64,000 nt of DNA from Candidatus Aenigmatarchaeota archaeon. GTDB lineage: Archaea; Aenigmatarchaeota; Aenigmatarchaeia; CG10238-14; SCSR01. A program made the position numbers and the translations under genes. Positions within the stretch are counted from its first letter, which is position 1. Every line of letters begins with the position of its first letter. Below, piece by piece: positions 8,871-18,571 of the stretch. Where the stretch lies: assembly GCA_016181005.1 (NCBI GenBank), contig JACPAE010000004.1, positions 78,646-142,645 of the forward strand, given 5' to 3'. The notes below the pieces were generated by a model. That model did not search any database. It had not been told where the DNA came from and saw only the letters and a list, made by a program, of their open reading frames with translations.

Positions 8871-11800
8871 ATGGAATCTGATATCAACCAGAGAGTTGTT
8901 CTTTCCGGAGAACAGAAAGGGTTGAAGGTTCCACGATTTTTCACAAAGGACGGTGACAATGTCTATGAAACCATCGAGTGGGAAAAAAGGACATCGATGA
9001 TAAAAAATCCTGATGGAACTATTGTTTTCAAGATGGACAATATAGAGATTCCGAAATTTTGGTCGCAAATAGCGACGGACATTCTGGCTCAGAAATATTT
9101 AAGAAAGCGTGGCGTTCCGCAAGTCGATGCGGACGGAAACCCAATTCTGGATGCCCATGGAAGGCAAGTACTTGGAAGCGAGACTTCGTTAAAGCAGGTT
9201 GTGCACAGGCTTGCCGGTTGCTGGGCATGGTGGGGAAGCAAGTTCAATTATTTTGCAACACAGGAAGATGCCAAGGCTTTCTATGACGAGATTGCTTTCA
9301 TGCTTATGCATCAGCATTGCGCCCCGAATTCCCCACAATGGTTCAATACAGGACTAAATTTCGCCTACGGGATTACAGGACCGTCGCAAGGACATTGGTA
9401 TGTTGATCCAGAAACAAAAGAGTTGACGCAATCTATAGATGCTTATTCACATCCGCAAGCGCATGCGTGCTTTATTCAGCCTGTAAAAGATGATTTAGTA
9501 AATGACGGAGGAATTTTGGATTTGGCAGTCAGGGAAGCAAGAATTTTCAAGTACGGCTCCGGGACAGGAACGAATTTTTCCAACCTGAGAGCTAAAGGCG
9601 AGCATCTTTCAGGTGGTGGAACTTCGAGCGGTGTAATTTCATTTTTGAAGATCAACGACACAGTCGCAGGCTCTATCAAATCTGGCGGTACCACAAGACG
9701 CGCGGCAAAGATGGTGCTTCTGAACATCGACCATCCGGAGATAGAGGCTTTCATAAGATGGAAGGCTGATGAGGAGAAAAAGTTTGCAGCTCTAGTCGGC
9801 ACAGGATTGGTCAAAGCCGATAGCGTCGAATCTGCAAGCGAGCATGTGTTCGGACAAAACTCGAACAATTCCGTACGCATTACAGATGATTTCATGAAGG
9901 CTGTTGTCGAAGACAAGGATTGGAATTTAACTTGGAGGACTGATGGAAGAACTGCAAAGACTTTAAAGTCTCGCTATCTATGGGATATGATTGCACAGGC
10001 CGCATGGGAATGTGCTGACCCAGGATTGCAGTTTGACACGACATACAATGATTGGCACACGTCTCCAAAATCGGGCAGAATAAATGCAACTAATCCATGT
10101 AGCGAATTTGCTTATCTTGATAACTCGGCTTGTAACTTGGCATCATTGAATTTGGGCAAGTTTATGGAAAATGGTACATTTGATGTTGAAGCATTCAACT
10201 ATGCTACAAGACTGTGGACTATAGTTCTTGAAATCTCTGTTTTAATGGCTCAGCTTCCGAGTAAAGAAATAGCAGATGTGACGTATAAAACAAGAAGTCT
10301 GGGGTTAGGGTATACAAATCTTGGTTCCGTCTTGATGAAGTCAGGAATTGCTTACGACTCCGATAAAGCCAGAGCAATCGCGGCTGCTATAACAGCAATA
10401 ATGACAGGCGAGAGTTATGCTGCAAGTGCCGAGCTTGCAAGCATCCTTGGACCATTCGAAGAATTTGAAAAGAATAAAGAGGATATGTTGCGTGTCATTA
10501 GAAACCATAGAAGAGTGGCATACAATGCGCCGAAAGAGGAATACGAGGGCTTGCATGTCGTGCCCCCTGGAATTGACCATACAGAATGCCCTGATTATTT
10601 GCTCAAGGCAGCACTTGCGTCTTGGGACAATGCACTGATGCTAGGCGAAAGATACGGATATAGAAATGCGCAGTCGACTTTGATCGCACCTACAGGTACG
10701 ATAAGCTTTGTTATGGACGCTGACACAACTGGAATCGAGCCTGATTTTGCTCTCGTGAAATTCAAGAAACTTGTCGGCGGCGGTTACTTTAAGATTATAA
10801 ACAAGACAATCGAGCCTGCGTTGAAGAATCTTGGCTACAGCAAGGAGCAGATTAAAGACATTCTCAGGTATCTTGTAGGAAGCAACTCATTCGAAGGCAC
10901 ACCTTACATAAACACGTTCACATTGACAAGGAAAGGATTTACGGATGCTGAATTGGCAAAGATGGAGAAATTGTTGCATGGCATCCTGAACCTGTCGTTT
11001 GTTTTCAATGTCAATACTCTTGGAAAGGAATGCTTGGAAAGATTAGGATTCAAGGAATCGCAGTACAATTCACCCGAGTTTAATTTGTTGAGGGGGTTGG
11101 GTTTCAGGGACGATGAGATAGAAGCCGCTAACGAATTCATCTGCGGGACACAGACAATTGAGGGCGCTCCACATTTGAAGTCTGAGCATTATCCGATTTT
11201 CGACTGCGCGAACAAGTGCGGTAAGAAGGGGCAGAGATACATTGACTATATGGCACATGTTCATATGATGGCGGCCGTACAACCATTTTTGTCCGGCAGC
11301 ATAAGCAAGACAATCAACATGCCAAATCATGCAACTGTGGAAGAAATAGAAAAAGTTTACACGGAGTCATGGAAGCTTGCTTTGAAGTCGCTTGCATTGT
11401 ATCGCGACGGAAGCAAAGTTGTGCAGCCTTTGGCAGTCTTCAAGCAGAAGGAAGAAGCGGTGGCAACACCGGTAAGAAGAAAGCTGATGCAGGAAAGGAA
11501 AGCGATAGCGCACAAGTTCAGGATTGGGAATCAGGAGGGATACATTCATGTTGGATTGTTCGAGGATGGTGCTCCTGGAGAGTTATTTGTGACAATGGCA
11601 AAGCAGGGCAGCACTTTGTCAGGCTTGATGGACGCTTTTGCATTGACTGTGTCTATAGGTTTGCAGTACGGGGTTCCGCTGAATGTTTTGGTCAGCAAGT
11701 TCATCAACAGCAGGTTCGAGCCGATGGGATGGACGGACAATGAGGACATACCTGTGGCCAAGTCGATTATGGACTACATATTCAGATGGATGGCATTCAA

Positions 11801-12056
11801 GTTCCTTCCGAATGAAGACTTGAAGGAGCTTGGACTGCTCAATGGGGAGAAGATAATTGTTGCTGGCGAGAAGGTGGAGGATGTTGAAAGCCAGAAGCAT
11901 GATGTTGTTAGATTGACTCAGTTTGTGCATGAGAAATCAAGCAAGTATGACATGTCTGGCGATGCGCCTGCTTGCCCAGAGTGCGGCTCGTTGATGGTCA
12001 GGAGCGGTTCTTGCTATGTCTGCACCGGTTGCGGGAGCACTAGCGGTTGTTCTTAG
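8871..12056 (+). CDS. nrdJ: Ribonucleotide reductase, class II (adenosylcobalamin-dependent), long form with C-terminal Cys-rich zinc ribbon
   Basis: 1061 aa; C-terminal CPECGSLMVRSGSCYVCTGCGS; co-operonic with nrdR. Confidence 0.8.
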   Translation: MESDINQRVVLSGEQKGLKVPRFFTKDGDNVYETIEWEKRTSMIKNPDGTIVFKMDNIEIPKFWSQIATDILAQKYLRKRGVPQVDADGNPILDAHGRQVLGSETSLKQVVHRLAGCWAWWGSKFNYFATQEDAKAFYDEIAFMLMHQHCAPNSPQWFNTGLNFAYGITGPSQGHWYVDPETKELTQSIDAYSHPQAHACFIQPVKDDLVNDGGILDLAVREARIFKYGSGTGTNFSNLRAKGEHLSGGGTSSGVISFLKINDTVAGSIKSGGTTRRAAKMVLLNIDHPEIEAFIRWKADEEKKFAALVGTGLVKADSVESASEHVFGQNSNNSVRITDDFMKAVVEDKDWNLTWRTDGRTAKTLKSRYLWDMIAQAAWECADPGLQFDTTYNDWHTSPKSGRINATNPCSEFAYLDNSACNLASLNLGKFMENGTFDVEAFNYATRLWTIVLEISVLMAQLPSKEIADVTYKTRSLGLGYTNLGSVLMKSGIAYDSDKARAIAAAITAIMTGESYAASAELASILGPFEEFEKNKEDMLRVIRNHRRVAYNAPKEEYEGLHVVPPGIDHTECPDYLLKAALASWDNALMLGERYGYRNAQSTLIAPTGTISFVMDADTTGIEPDFALVKFKKLVGGGYFKIINKTIEPALKNLGYSKEQIKDILRYLVGSNSFEGTPYINTFTLTRKGFTDAELAKMEKLLHGILNLSFVFNVNTLGKECLERLGFKESQYNSPEFNLLRGLGFRDDEIEAANEFICGTQTIEGAPHLKSEHYPIFDCANKCGKKGQRYIDYMAHVHMMAAVQPFLSGSISKTINMPNHATVEEIEKVYTESWKLALKSLALYRDGSKVVQPLAVFKQKEEAVATPVRRKLMQERKAIAHKFRIGNQEGYIHVGLFEDGAPGELFVTMAKQGSTLSGLMDAFALTVSIGLQYGVPLNVLVSKFINSRFEPMGWTDNEDIPVAKSIMDYIFRWMAFKFLPNEDLKELGLLNGEKIIVAGEKVEDVESQKHDVVRLTQFVHEKSSKYDMSGDAPACPECGSLMVRSGSCYVCTGCGSTSGCS

Positions 12057-12128
12057 ATAAAATATCATGAGTACAGAAATGTTCTGGAGGAAATTCGCTG
12101 GAAATTCTCATAAAATTTCTATATTAAT

Positions 12129-12854
12129 TTATCCGACACCAACCACATTAGTCCCAAACAATGCGCCCAATCCAATTCCGATAAAGTACCCGCTTATGGC
12201 AGCCAAAGTTCCTATCAATGCCAGCTCCAAACCGCTTCCGAGCCAGTTGCCCACGGTCAACTTCGCCTTAACAACACCTACAGCAAACAGCACTGCAACG
12301 GCAATAATCACCGAAGCTATCATCGCGTTTGAAATAGGCAAGAAAACAAATGGGACAAGCGGCACTATGGAACCTACTAAAGTTGCAACAAAAACAATCA
12401 ACCCATTCTTTATCGGCGATTTACCAAATTTTGGAGAAAGGTTAAGCTCTTCTGACATCATTGTGTCAACCCAAACCTTTTCGTTCGACGTGATAATTTT
12501 AACTATATCATTCAAAAGCCTGCCTTTGAAACCTTTCTTGGCGTATATTTCACGTATTTCTTTTATTTCGTCTTTTGGATTCTCTTTAATTGCATTTTCC
12601 TCTAAAGCTCTTTCAGCTTTGTAGTAGTCCCAATCAGCCTTGGTCGAAGTGTAAGCTACTGCAGCCATTGAAATAGTTTCGGCAAATGTCGCAGCCAATC
12701 CTGCGACGAGAACAATAAAAACATCGTTTGTGGCGCTAGCAACACCCAAAACAACTGCAAGGACGTTAACTAAACCATCCTGGCCCCCGAGAATTATATT
12801 GCCTATTTGTTCACCTCGAAAGTGTTTTTCATATTCAGGCATGCTTTTCTCCAC
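12129..12854 (-). CDS. VIT1/CCC1 family iron/manganese transporter
   Basis: N-terminal GGQDGLVNVLAVVLGVA motif and C-terminal TM bundle typical of VIT/DUF125. Confidence 0.65.
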   Translation of the reverse strand: MEKSMPEYEKHFRGEQIGNIILGGQDGLVNVLAVVLGVASATNDVFIVLVAGLAATFAETISMAAVAYTSTKADWDYYKAERALEENAIKENPKDEIKEIREIYAKKGFKGRLLNDIVKIITSNEKVWVDTMMSEELNLSPKFGKSPIKNGLIVFVATLVGSIVPLVPFVFLPISNAMIASVIIAVAVLFAVGVVKAKLTVGNWLGSGLELALIGTLAAISGYFIGIGLGALFGTNVVGVG

Positions 12855-13104
12855 CCTTTTCCCAATTACCTATCCTAACTTTATCACTATTGTTTTTCAG
12901 CTTGATAAAATAATCAATCAGGCACGCAGCCGTATAGCTGGCAACAACAAGTATCGAAACTTTGGCAATGACACTCGTTTCAAAATATGAAAATATATTA
13001 AATGCAAAATCTGCTATCAATAAAGGTATGCCGAAAACTTTAGCGATAACAATTTTATTTAATGTAATCTTGAAAAATTCCTTAAATCCCATGTCAACCA
13101 GCAA
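12835..13104 (-). CDS. small membrane protein, member of a local paralog trio
   Basis: 89 aa, hydrophobic; LIADFAFNIFS resembles LISFNIFS in the next ORF. Confidence 0.3.
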   Translation of the reverse strand: MLVDMGFKEFFKITLNKIVIAKVFGIPLLIADFAFNIFSYFETSVIAKVSILVVASYTAACLIDYFIKLKNNSDKVRIGNWEKGGEKHA

Positions 13105-13402
13105 CCATCCTGAATAGGAAATCGAATAAAATGAAGACTATCTTCTGCCCCAGCCAAACCGCAGTTATCACAGTCAAGATATTGTTTGAAAAGATGTTGA
13201 ACGAAATCAAAACCATATAGATGCCTGCAAGAATGTCTATCCTGCTCGGCCAGTCATTGATCGCAAATATCAGCCCCTTCAGTATCAGGTAGAATGCATT
13301 GTAGAGAATTGTCTCAGTCGAGAACCAGCCTAATGTTGCATGCAGCACTAGAACAAAGGCTGCTACCAAGTCAAGTACAGTGAGAAGTATGTGGATGACC
13401 AT
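13094..13402 (-). CDS. small membrane protein, paralog
   Basis: 102 aa, three predicted TM helices; similar to 13437-13733 (IDILAGIYMVLISFNIF vs IDILSGLLLIFTFF). Confidence 0.4.
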   Translation of the reverse strand: MVIHILLTVLDLVAAFVLVLHATLGWFSTETILYNAFYLILKGLIFAINDWPSRIDILAGIYMVLISFNIFSNNILTVITAVWLGQKIVFILFDFLFRMVAG

Positions 13403-13436
13403 TTCATAAATTTACTAGTATAGCTTTAATTCTTTG

Positions 13437-13733
13437 CTAAAGCGCGAAGAGGAACGACCAGATGCCCTTGGACAGCAGAAGGACTCCAAATATCCAGACA
13501 AAGCCTGCAGGCAAGCCGAAGAATGTGAAAATTAAAAGCAGGCCTGAGAGAATGTCAATCCCGCCAAGAAAATCCAAGTAAAACCTTTTCTCAAGCCCGT
13601 AAAGTACAGACATGATTCCCTTGAATAGAATAGTAATGCCTAGGTACAAAAGAAAGATGTGAAGAAAGGAAACGAAGTTGAAGAATATCAATAGGCCTCC
13701 GAAAATGTCAATCAAGGACACTACCAATAGCAA
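13437..13733 (-). CDS. small membrane protein, paralog
   Basis: 98 aa, hydrophobic; tandem paralog of the preceding ORF. Confidence 0.4.
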   Translation of the reverse strand: MLLVVSLIDIFGGLLIFFNFVSFLHIFLLYLGITILFKGIMSVLYGLEKRFYLDFLGGIDILSGLLLIFTFFGLPAGFVWIFGVLLLSKGIWSFLFAL

Positions 13734-13782
13734 TGTCGAAAATGGAATTGTTACCGCCTAATTATGAAGACAATAGCAAGAG

Positions 13783-15039
13783 TTATAAGCTTATGTCTGG
13801 TTCCTGCAAATGCTTTATCAGAGAATTCATAAATCTTGTGGCGTAAGCCCCGTCGACAATCCTGTGGTCAAACACCAGCGACAACGGCAGCACTTTCCTA
13901 ATCTCTACTTTCCCAGCGATTGCGAGAGGCTTGTCGTACATCCTTCCCACGCCAAGAATTGCGGCCTCCGGATAGTTGATTATGGGTGTGGCGAATGTCG
14001 CACCCAAGCTTCCGTAGTTGGTTATAGTGAAAGTGCCCCCCTTCAAGTCCTGCAAATCAATCTTCCTCTGTTTAGCCTTTTCTCCAAGCTCCTGAACCTC
14101 CTTTGCTATATCAAAAACATTCTTTATGTCAACGCCTTTAATGACAGGCACAAGAAGCCCCTCACCATCGACATCAACAGCGAATCCGAAGTTGTAATAT
14201 TTCTTTACGACAATCTCCTCCTCTTCTTCTAGGAGGCTGGAATTTAGCAGCGGAAACTCCTTCATTGCCGCCAGGCACGCCTTCATAATAAAAGGCATGT
14301 AAGTAAGGTGAATTCCCTGCTCCTTTGATTTAACCTTTTCTTTCTCTCTTAATTCAAACAGCTTGCTGACATCAGCTTCGTCCATGGCTGTCACATGCGG
14401 TATGTGCTTTACTGACTCTACCATGTGGGTTGCGATAACTTTCCTCAAGCCCCTCAGCGGAATTCTGTCGACATAGCCCCACATGTCGTATTTCTTCTTC
14501 ACAACCAGAGCCTTCTCTTCTTTAACCTCTTTTGTTCCCACAGCGCTTTTGACGTCTTCCTCTGTTATTCTTCCTTCTGGTCCTGTACCAGTGACTTTCG
14601 TTAGATCAACTCCCAATTCCTTAGCCAGATTTCTGACAGCAGGTGCGGCAAGCACTTTTTCACCGACTGCTTTAGGCGGAATTACAGGTCTTGGCTTAAC
14701 TTCCTCCTCATCAGGCGCCTCTTCAAGATAACCAACAGCGCCAGCAGCCTTCATGACAGGCCCTTTAATTTCCTGCCTGGATTCTGGGATATATTTTTCT
14801 CCCACTTCACCTATAACAAACAGAACCTGGCCGACTTTGACAGTTTCGCCCTCCTTGAAGTTAATCTTCAGCACAGCACCTGAATAAGGAGAAGGAATCT
14901 CTGCAACAGCCTTGTCAGTCTCGACCTCTCCGACAACTTGGTGCTCCTCTACCCTGTCGCCCTCCTTGATGAGCCATTTTACTATCTCCCCTTCTTCTAT
15001 GCCTTCGCCAATGTCGGGAAACTTGAACTCTTTCGGCAT
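13783..15039 (-). CDS. Dihydrolipoamide acyltransferase, E2 component of a 2-oxoacid dehydrogenase complex
   Basis: Lipoyl-lysine motif VETDKAVAEIPSP, peripheral subunit-binding domain, catalytic DHRIVDGA. Confidence 0.85.
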   Translation of the reverse strand: MPKEFKFPDIGEGIEEGEIVKWLIKEGDRVEEHQVVGEVETDKAVAEIPSPYSGAVLKINFKEGETVKVGQVLFVIGEVGEKYIPESRQEIKGPVMKAAGAVGYLEEAPDEEEVKPRPVIPPKAVGEKVLAAPAVRNLAKELGVDLTKVTGTGPEGRITEEDVKSAVGTKEVKEEKALVVKKKYDMWGYVDRIPLRGLRKVIATHMVESVKHIPHVTAMDEADVSKLFELREKEKVKSKEQGIHLTYMPFIMKACLAAMKEFPLLNSSLLEEEEEIVVKKYYNFGFAVDVDGEGLLVPVIKGVDIKNVFDIAKEVQELGEKAKQRKIDLQDLKGGTFTITNYGSLGATFATPIINYPEAAILGVGRMYDKPLAIAGKVEIRKVLPLSLVFDHRIVDGAYATRFMNSLIKHLQEPDISL

Positions 15040-15040
15040 T
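14992..15040. repeat. 49-bp direct repeat, copy 1 (covers the functional E2 start)
   Basis: ttcttctatgccttcgccaatgtcgggaaacttgaactctttcggcatt; matches 15535-15583 with one mismatch. Confidence 0.9.
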
Positions 15041-15048
15041 ATATCACA

Positions 15049-15300
15049 TCAATAATGAATTCTCCCCCTTACATCTAACTTAACAACTTCAATTACCCCT
15101 TTATCAAAATAAACATCTATTATAATTCTAAAATCACCCGTCCTAATCCTATAGGTTATTTCCCCAATCTTCTTTACATCCAAACTCTTAGGAAAGCCAG
15201 TTAAAGAATCTAGCTTATTCATTAACTTGTTTTGTAAATCTGAAGGATATTTAGTTATTTTTTTCTTAATTTTTTTAGGAATCACAACCAAAAAGGTCAT
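15049..15300 (-). CDS. RelE/ParE family type II toxin
   Basis: YRIRTGDFRIIIDVYFDKGVIEVVKLDVRGRIHY C-terminal RelE signature; 83 aa; 4-nt overlap with the upstream partner. Confidence 0.65.
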   Translation of the reverse strand: MTFLVVIPKKIKKKITKYPSDLQNKLMNKLDSLTGFPKSLDVKKIGEITYRIRTGDFRIIIDVYFDKGVIEVVKLDVRGRIHY

Positions 15301-15503
15301 TTTCGCAACTCTTTCTTTAGTTGTTCCAGTGTGACATATTGACCTTTCCTTATTTCTTCCCTTGACCTCCTTATTCCCTTCCAGTCTTTGTGTGTCAACT
15401 GATCTTCCGCTAGCATAGACTCGACCCTTATCAAATGCCTTTTAACATCCCTCAGTTCACTCAAAAACTGCTTCATTATGCCGAATTCTTTACCAAGCTT
15501 CAT
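15297..15503 (-). CDS. putative antitoxin partner of the RelE-like toxin
   Basis: 68-aa ORF overlapping the toxin start (ATGA); paralogous to the ORF at 46314-46520. Confidence 0.5.
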   Translation of the reverse strand: MKLGKEFGIMKQFLSELRDVKRHLIRVESMLAEDQLTHKDWKGIRRSREEIRKGQYVTLEQLKKELRK

Positions 15504-15534
15504 AATTAACTATTAGGCATATTATTTAAATAAT

Positions 15535-15583
15535 TTCTTCTATGCCTTCGCCAATGTCCGGAAACTTGAACTCTTTCGGCATT
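15535..15583. repeat. 49-bp direct repeat, copy 2 (remnant E2 start right after the E1-beta stop)
   Basis: ttcttctatgccttcgccaatgtccggaaacttgaactctttcggcatt; encodes a truncated MPKEFKFPDIGEGIEEII* remnant. Confidence 0.9.
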
Positions 15584-16561
15584 TTAAAAACTCATCACAT
15601 TTTCTATAGCTTTATTTATTCTTGTTGCATCAGGAATGTAATAGTTCTCCAGCTTTGGCAGCGGTACAGGAACATCATAACCAGTAACTCTCTGCACAGG
15701 CGCCTCTAAATTTAGTAAAGCTTTTTCATTTATCGTCGCAACCAATTCTGCACCATAACCACATGTCCTTGGCGCTTCCTGCACAACAACACACCTGCCA
15801 GTCTTCTTAACAGAGTCGATAAGAGTTTTCCTATCAACAGGATACAGTGTCAGCAAGTCAACAATCTCCACAGAATACTTTGACTGGGCAACAGCCTCAC
15901 GAACAACCTTCTGCATCGCACCCCAAGCAATAACAGTGATGTCACTCCCCTCCTGCACAACTTCGGCCTTGTTTAGCGGAATTGTATACTCTTCTTCAGG
16001 AACCTCTTCCTTGATTGCGCGGTAGACTCTTTTGGGTTCTAGGAAAACGACTGGATCAGGATCACGGATTGATGAAATCAACAATCCTTTTGCATTGTAA
16101 GGCCCCGATGGTGTAACAACTTTAATCCCGGGCATGTGCGTGAAGAATGCTTCCAATGATTCCGAATGATGTTCCAGTGCTCTGATTCCTCCACCGTGGG
16201 GAACTCGAAAAACTAGAGGCACGTGCCATTTTCCTTGAGACCTCTTCCTCATCCTGCCTGCATGATTGTAAAGCTGGTCGAGCATTGACATTGAAAAGCC
16301 GTCGAACTGAACTTCCGCTATAGGTTTCATTCCCGCAATAGCTAATCCAATCGAAGTGCCAATAATTCCAACTTCTGCCAGTGGAGTGTCAATAACCCTA
16401 TCATCGCCAAACTGTTGCCACAAGCCTTCTGTGACTCTGAAAACACCACCGTCTTTGCCGATGTCTTCTCCTAAAAGGATAACTGAGGGATATTTCTCCA
16501 TCTCCTGCTTTAGTGCAAGATTAATTGCTTGAACTAGGTTCATCTTCATAACATCACTCAA
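15584..16561 (-). CDS. 2-oxoacid dehydrogenase E1 component, beta subunit
   Basis: Transketolase-like C-terminal domain; 325 aa; 8-nt overlap with the E1-alpha gene. Confidence 0.85.
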   Translation of the reverse strand: MSDVMKMNLVQAINLALKQEMEKYPSVILLGEDIGKDGGVFRVTEGLWQQFGDDRVIDTPLAEVGIIGTSIGLAIAGMKPIAEVQFDGFSMSMLDQLYNHAGRMRKRSQGKWHVPLVFRVPHGGGIRALEHHSESLEAFFTHMPGIKVVTPSGPYNAKGLLISSIRDPDPVVFLEPKRVYRAIKEEVPEEEYTIPLNKAEVVQEGSDITVIAWGAMQKVVREAVAQSKYSVEIVDLLTLYPVDRKTLIDSVKKTGRCVVVQEAPRTCGYGAELVATINEKALLNLEAPVQRVTGYDVPVPLPKLENYYIPDATRINKAIENVMSF

Positions 16562-17612
16562 AATCTTTCTTCTGTTCTTCTAATTCTTCGGGCAACTCGG
16601 CATAAACGTCTTCAAACATGTCCGTAGGCTTTGGCGGTTCAACAGCTTCAAACTTTTTCACAGCTTCAGCAACTTTTACCTTCGCCTTTTCCCAAACTCC
16701 CTTTTCATAATTTTCATTCCAAATTCCTTCACTCTCCATATACTTTCTCAGTCTTTCGACAGGGTCCTTCCTCTTCCACATTTCGACTTCAGCAGGGTCC
16801 CGATACTTCTTCCAGTCATCAGCAGTCGTGTGATTTTCCATCCTGTAGGTATAGCACTCGATGAACGTAGGACCCTTGCCTGCTCTTGCCTTGTCAGCGG
16901 CGTCCTTCGTAACTTTGTAAACTGCAAAAACGTCATTGCCGTCAACAAGAACGCCTTCAAAACCATATGAAAATGCCTTTTCAGCCAATGTATCGCTCGC
17001 GCTCTGTCTCTTGCGGGGGACTGAAATCGCCCACTGGTTGTTCTGGCAAATAAAAATACATGGAATCTTGAAAACACCGGCGAAATTCATCCCTTCGTGG
17101 AAGTCACCCTTGCTTGTCGCACCGTCGCCAAAATAAACAACAGCAACAGATTTTTTCCCCTGAAGCTTGCTGGCCCATGCAAGCCCGACAGCATGCGGTA
17201 TTTGCGTCCCTACAGGAACCGCGACAGGCAGCGCATTCATATCCTCAGGAATTGTCATTCCCCTCTCGTCGCCGGCCCAATACTGGTAAAGGGCGTCCAT
17301 CGGGAAGCCGAGGGTTATGAATACTCCATTTTCCCTGAATGACGGGGCAAACCAGTCCTCCTTGTGCATAGCAAGCGCAGAACCAATCTGGGAAGCTTCT
17401 TGTCCTAGCAGCGAAGCATATGTAAGCATTCTCCCTTCTCTCTGCAGCTTCAATGCAACATCGTCAAACGCGCGCGACAAAACCATGTATTCGTACATTG
17501 CCTTAATTTCATCGTTCGTGAGCTTCGGCATGTCCCTTGTGTTTACTATCTTGCCTTCTTCGTTGAGAATCTGGAACATTTCCATTTTCATATACTTGAA
17601 TTTTACATCCAA
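16554..17612 (-). CDS. 2-oxoacid dehydrogenase E1 component, alpha subunit (TPP-binding)
   Basis: TPP-binding GDG..N motif (YFGDGATSKGDFHEGMNFA); 352 aa. Confidence 0.85.
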   Translation of the reverse strand: MDVKFKYMKMEMFQILNEEGKIVNTRDMPKLTNDEIKAMYEYMVLSRAFDDVALKLQREGRMLTYASLLGQEASQIGSALAMHKEDWFAPSFRENGVFITLGFPMDALYQYWAGDERGMTIPEDMNALPVAVPVGTQIPHAVGLAWASKLQGKKSVAVVYFGDGATSKGDFHEGMNFAGVFKIPCIFICQNNQWAISVPRKRQSASDTLAEKAFSYGFEGVLVDGNDVFAVYKVTKDAADKARAGKGPTFIECYTYRMENHTTADDWKKYRDPAEVEMWKRKDPVERLRKYMESEGIWNENYEKGVWEKAKVKVAEAVKKFEAVEPPKPTDMFEDVYAELPEELEEQKKDFE

Positions 17613-17623
17613 CTTTAATAAGG

Positions 17624-18571
17624 TTAAACCTGCGGTCCCGCCATTTTCTTAAAGTCCTTGTCCGGGACTTGCAGGAACAAACAGTAGCCAAGATTCCTCT
17701 TCAAAGGACCGCTCAAATCCTCCCCAGGAATTTCTTCGACTTCTCTCCTTGTGAATGTCGGTTGGTGCCTGTTTATCCAGCGCGGCACGCCATATCGCTG
17801 TTTTAACAATTCCATAGAACGGTCTATGACAGCGTCATTTATAACCCGGCTTTCATAATTACCGCCAGTAACCTCTTTCAATATGGCTTCAGCGACAAGC
17901 CCTCTGAGAGCATAAGGGCTTGTTTGTGGAGGGGCGTTGCCGTCCAGTTCTGTAGAGACAGTTGGGAGATTTCTAAGCGCATCGTATTCTGAATAAACAG
18001 AGTTGCCTATCTTGCGTCGTTGCAACAAAACTCGTGAAGCAATCTTGTCAACATCGTATGGCGTAAGATGAACTAGGCCATGCAATAGAGCACTTTTAAC
18101 ACCCCACCAGATTGCGTGACTTGCTATTACCCTCCCGTTAACATTTATCGTCGATGCCTTGTTGTCTACGTCTACAGCATCTACGCCAATATTAGAAAGT
18201 GCATTTGCAACTTGCGTAGCAAAATACGCACGCATGTCTTCATAATCTCTAAAACTTCCATCGCGAGGCACTACAAAAGAATACGCAATTATGTTAGGGC
18301 CAGTTTGGACATGAGAACCTCCAGTTACCCTCCTAGTAAGATCTACTGACGGGTCCAACTTCTTTAAAACATCCGTGGCTTGGGCATATCCGAGAACTAT
18401 AGAATCTTTTGCAAAACTATAAAATCTCACTGTTGCCAAATGCTTATCTTTTGTTTCTTCTGCAATACGCCTTATTAAAAACTCTTCAAGAGCCATATTT
18501 ATTTGGCTGGGGAATACACCTCTGCCCCAATACTCGTAGTTGAACATTTCAATCTTACTGGTTTTGGACAA
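17624..18571 (-). CDS. lplA: Lipoate-protein ligase A
   Basis: BPL/LPL catalytic domain (RRVTGGSHVQTGPN...); clusters with lipA and the E1/E2 genes. Confidence 0.7.
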   Translation of the reverse strand: MSKTSKIEMFNYEYWGRGVFPSQINMALEEFLIRRIAEETKDKHLATVRFYSFAKDSIVLGYAQATDVLKKLDPSVDLTRRVTGGSHVQTGPNIIAYSFVVPRDGSFRDYEDMRAYFATQVANALSNIGVDAVDVDNKASTINVNGRVIASHAIWWGVKSALLHGLVHLTPYDVDKIASRVLLQRRKIGNSVYSEYDALRNLPTVSTELDGNAPPQTSPYALRGLVAEAILKEVTGGNYESRVINDAVIDRSMELLKQRYGVPRWINRHQPTFTRREVEEIPGEDLSGPLKRNLGYCLFLQVPDKDFKKMAGPQV

